NCBI GenBank assembly: GCA_964604995.1 | Contig: CAZSAD010000013.1 | Coordinates: 1-39,791 of the forward strand | DNA: 39,791 bases | Direction of reading: 5' to 3' | From: an uncultured Methanosarcinales archaeon | Lineage (GTDB): Archaea > Nanobdellota > Nanobdellia > Woesearchaeales > JABMPP01 | Shown: positions 37,459 to 39,791 of the stretch, in pieces | How positions within the stretch are numbered: position 1 is the stretch's first letter | How the letters are laid out: the number at the start of each line of letters is the position of its first letter | Made by a program: the position numbers and the translations under genes | Notes under the pieces: model-generated | Database searches by the model: none | What the model was told of the DNA's origin: nothing | What the model saw: only the letters and a program-made list of their open reading frames with translations

Positions 37459-38436
37459 ATGTACCAGATGAAAGCACTATACAAAGCAGTATGCCCAGAA
37501 TGCGGCAATACAAAATTATCTCACAACAGAGATAAAGGCGAATTGACATGCCCAGATTGCGGACTAGTCATTGAAGATAAGATGATTGACTTTGGAAAAG
37601 AATGGAGAGAATTCGGTGAAGGTGGCGATGGTGAAGAAAATCGCAGAGGAGGATCTCCACTAACTTATACCAAAGAAGATATGGGTCTTGGAACTCAAGT
37701 TGGAACAACTTCTGATTTAAGTAAATTCGACAGAAGGACCAAACAAAGATTCTACAGATTCAGAAAATGGCAAAATAGGGTGGGCTCAGGACTTGAGCAC
37801 AACTTAAGAGAAGCCTTATCTGAAATTAGAAGGATCTCATCAAATTTAAACCTTCCAAAAATGGTTGAAGAAGAAGCTGCAAAGATTTATACTTTAGCTG
37901 CCCAAAGAGGACTTGTTAAAGGAAGAAGTCTTGAAGATGTTGCTGCTGGTTCAGTTTATCTTGCATGCAAGATTAATGAACTTCCAAAAACCTTAGACGA
38001 GATATCTGAAGTTTCAGGAATTGAGAAAAATGAAGTTATAAAAAACTCAAAATTTGTCTCAAGAGAGCTCGGAATTAGAGTATTACCTATCAACCCAACA
38101 AATTACATCAGCAAATTTGCGAGTGCATTAAAACTTTCACCAAAAGTTCAAACAATTGCAAACCAACTAATTGCTAAAGCACAAAAATCTGGTTTAACCA
38201 GTGGAAAATCCCCAAAAGGAGTTTCAGCTTCAGCACTTTATACCTCTTGCTTGATGTGTGGTGAAAAGAGAACTCAAAGCCAAGTTGCTGATGTAACAGG
38301 TGTTACTGAAGTTACAATAAGAAATGGCTACAAGGAGTTTTTAGACACTTTAAAACTCAAAAAAGAAGTTGAGAAAGGTAAAAAAATCTTCAAAATAGCA
38401 AAAGAAGGAAGAGAAACAGCTGAAGCATCAGCATAA
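37459..38436 (+). CDS. tfb: Transcription initiation factor IIB (TFB)
   Basis: CPECG..CPDCG zinc ribbon, EWREF B-reader, two cyclin repeats (GRSLE, GKSPKG), RTQ..VA..GVTEVTIRN helix. Confidence 0.96.
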   Translation: MYQMKALYKAVCPECGNTKLSHNRDKGELTCPDCGLVIEDKMIDFGKEWREFGEGGDGEENRRGGSPLTYTKEDMGLGTQVGTTSDLSKFDRRTKQRFYRFRKWQNRVGSGLEHNLREALSEIRRISSNLNLPKMVEEEAAKIYTLAAQRGLVKGRSLEDVAAGSVYLACKINELPKTLDEISEVSGIEKNEVIKNSKFVSRELGIRVLPINPTNYISKFASALKLSPKVQTIANQLIAKAQKSGLTSGKSPKGVSASALYTSCLMCGEKRTQSQVADVTGVTEVTIRNGYKEFLDTLKLKKEVEKGKKIFKIAKEGRETAEASA

Positions 38437-38543
38437 AACTTTTCTTTTAATTTTTTATTTTTTGTTGTTTATATTTTTAGAATTTAAAAAGGGGTTCTGA
38501 TAAATTGATATTAAAAAAATAGACAAAGCTATGATGTGAAACA

Positions 38544-39011
38544 ATGATAAAACTATTACCACTATACTCTGGAATTTATGAAAGAAATATGGATAATAAA
38601 TATAGGATATCTATTCCTTCAAAACTGTTGAAAACAATGAAGGAAAGAGAGGATATTTTGATTAATAGTGGCATGTTTGAACAAAAAGGCAATCTATTGT
38701 TGTACAAAAATAAGATTATAGGTATGTTAGATAAAAGAGAATCAATAAAGAAAGAAAAGAATTCAACAGTTAGTGCAGTATATCTAATCACTCAAAATGA
38801 AAATATGCAAATCAAAAGCGAGCTTGAAACATTTATGGATTATAATAAAGATAATTCCTTGTTGGATTTGCTTAGAATAGACAAACAAAAAAGAGTATTA
38901 ATTCCAAAATCAATGCAAGAGGAGATTTTTAAGAAAGGACAAGATATAATTTTCACTGGAAATTATGGTACAATAAACATTGTTGTAAACAAAGTAGCAA
39001 AACAGAACTAA
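38544..39011 (+). CDS. MraZ-like tandem AbrB/SpoVT-fold protein
   Basis: GIYERNMDNKYRISIPSKL and RIDKQKRVLIPKSM..IIFTG match the two MraZ D.K.R..IP repeats. Confidence 0.6.
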   Translation: MIKLLPLYSGIYERNMDNKYRISIPSKLLKTMKEREDILINSGMFEQKGNLLLYKNKIIGMLDKRESIKKEKNSTVSAVYLITQNENMQIKSELETFMDYNKDNSLLDLLRIDKQKRVLIPKSMQEEIFKKGQDIIFTGNYGTINIVVNKVAKQN

Positions 39012-39025
39012 TAATAAGAAAATGT

Positions 39026-39322
39026 TTACTTTTTTCTTTCCCTTATACAAAATGTTGGTGCAAGAATTCTTTCAGAATTGCATTTTGGACATTTAGTTGG
39101 CTTTTTGAATTTAGCTTTATCTTGCCTTTCTTTGAATACAAAATGACAGATTTTGCATTCAGCTGGAAGCATTACAAGTTCTCTTTGAGGTTTTATGCTT
39201 TTTGCAATATGATGTAAATCTTCAAGTATTTGAAAAGTTTCACAGTGAAAATATGCTGCCATATCAATAAGTGTTTTTTCTTCTTTAGATAAAATTTTCT
39301 CAATTTCTATTCGCTGTGTCAT
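39026..39322 (-). CDS. Archaeal HTH plus Zn-ribbon transcriptional regulator (COG3357-like)
   Basis: MTQRIEI..EDLHHIAKS..PAECKICHFVF..KPTKCPKCNSERI..P. Confidence 0.85.
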   Translation of the reverse strand: MTQRIEIEKILSKEEKTLIDMAAYFHCETFQILEDLHHIAKSIKPQRELVMLPAECKICHFVFKERQDKAKFKKPTKCPKCNSERILAPTFCIRERKK

Positions 39323-39345
39323 TTTATTTTAGAAATTAAAATAGT

Positions 39346-39486
39346 TTACTCTATTAAAAATCCGCATTTTTTGCAGAATAGTTCTCCATTGACAAATTCC
39401 AGTTCCTTATTCCCGCAATCTGGGCACACGCTAATCCTTTCTTCATGTGCTATTGACTGCAATGGAAGTTCATTGACGCTTTGCAT
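39346..39486 (-). CDS. Stand-alone TFIIB-type zinc ribbon microprotein (46 aa), not in the ORF track
   Basis: MQSVNELPLQSIAHEERISVCPDCGNKELEFVNGELFCKKCGFLIE. Confidence 0.8.
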   Translation of the reverse strand: MQSVNELPLQSIAHEERISVCPDCGNKELEFVNGELFCKKCGFLIE

Positions 39487-39554
39487 ATCAAATCCCAACG
39501 AAGATTAAATTGATTTTGGACTTTTTAAAGGTTGCTGTTTTTTAAATTTTATAA

Positions 39555-39570
39555 GAAAGTTTTATAAAAG
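39555..39570 (+). promoter_or_regulatory. BRE/TATA promoter in front of the tRNA-Gln 5' fragment
   Basis: GAAAG-TTTTATAAAAG, about 25 bp upstream of 39595. Confidence 0.7.
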
Positions 39571-39594
39571 CCCAATTAATCCAAAGTTACAAAC

Positions 39595-39617
39595 AGCCCT
39601 GTAGTGTAGCAGCCCAA
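39595..39617 (+). pseudogene. tRNA-Gln 5' fragment (acceptor 5' strand plus part of D arm)
   Basis: AGCCCTGTAGTGTAGCAGCCCAA versus intact AGCCCCGTAGTGTAGTGGCCAA at 39717. Confidence 0.75.
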
Positions 39618-39668
39618 CTGGTTACGCTCGGTTGACACGCAAAGATGATTTCGCTTTGCTCAATCATC
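39616..39668 (+). repeat. Small hairpin element copy 2
   Basis: AACTGG-TTACG-CTCGGTTGACACG-CAAA-GATGATT-TCGCTTTGCTC-AATCATC; inverted homolog of 3455-3513. Confidence 0.8.
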
Positions 39669-39716
39669 ACAAAAAATAATTAGATTAATAATAAAGTTGG
39701 ATAAAAATATTAATAC

Positions 39717-39789
39717 AGCCCCGTAGTGTAGTGGCCAATCATACCTGCCTTTGGAGCAGGTGACCCAGGTTCGAATCCTGGCGGGGCTA
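39717..39789 (+). tRNA. tRNA-Gln(TTG), intronless
   Basis: AGCCCCG/CGGGGCT+A acceptor (A1-U72), anticodon arm CCTGC-CTTTGGA-GCAGG, T arm CCAGG-TTCGAAT-CCTGG. Confidence 0.96.
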
Positions 39790-39791
39790 TA

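Overview
AT-rich archaeal chromosomal segment, most consistent with a DPANN (Woesearchaeota/Pacearchaeota-like) genome; this is inferred from gene content, BRE/TATA promoters, BHB-type tRNA introns and class I CCA-adding enzyme. Core genes include the conserved Pop5-PsmA-SBDS-Rrp4-Rrp41-Rrp42 exosome/proteasome cluster, RpoK, Cbf5, CCA enzyme, Dus, a DEAD-box helicase, FolD, TFB and nucleotide salvage enzymes. There are three tRNAs: Met(CAT) with a 32-nt intron, Ser(CGA) with a 115-nt intron, and Gln(TTG). Most notable: (1) an integrase-less array of single-gene cassettes behind tRNA-Met, delimited by repeats of the tRNA 3' end and headed by a conserved palindrome plus promoter; (2) a ~55-60 bp hairpin element with stem covariation, found in opposite orientations in the leaders of tRNA-Met and tRNA-Gln, the latter next to a duplicated tRNA-Gln 5' fragment; (3) a zincin-CheB fusion with a Ser-to-Cys change at the nucleophile; (4) several orphan bacterial-type regulatory folds (RsbW-like, SpoT/Mesh1-HD, MraZ-like); and (5) an unannotated stand-alone TFB-type zinc-ribbon microprotein. 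All family calls come from motif recognition by eye; no searches were run.
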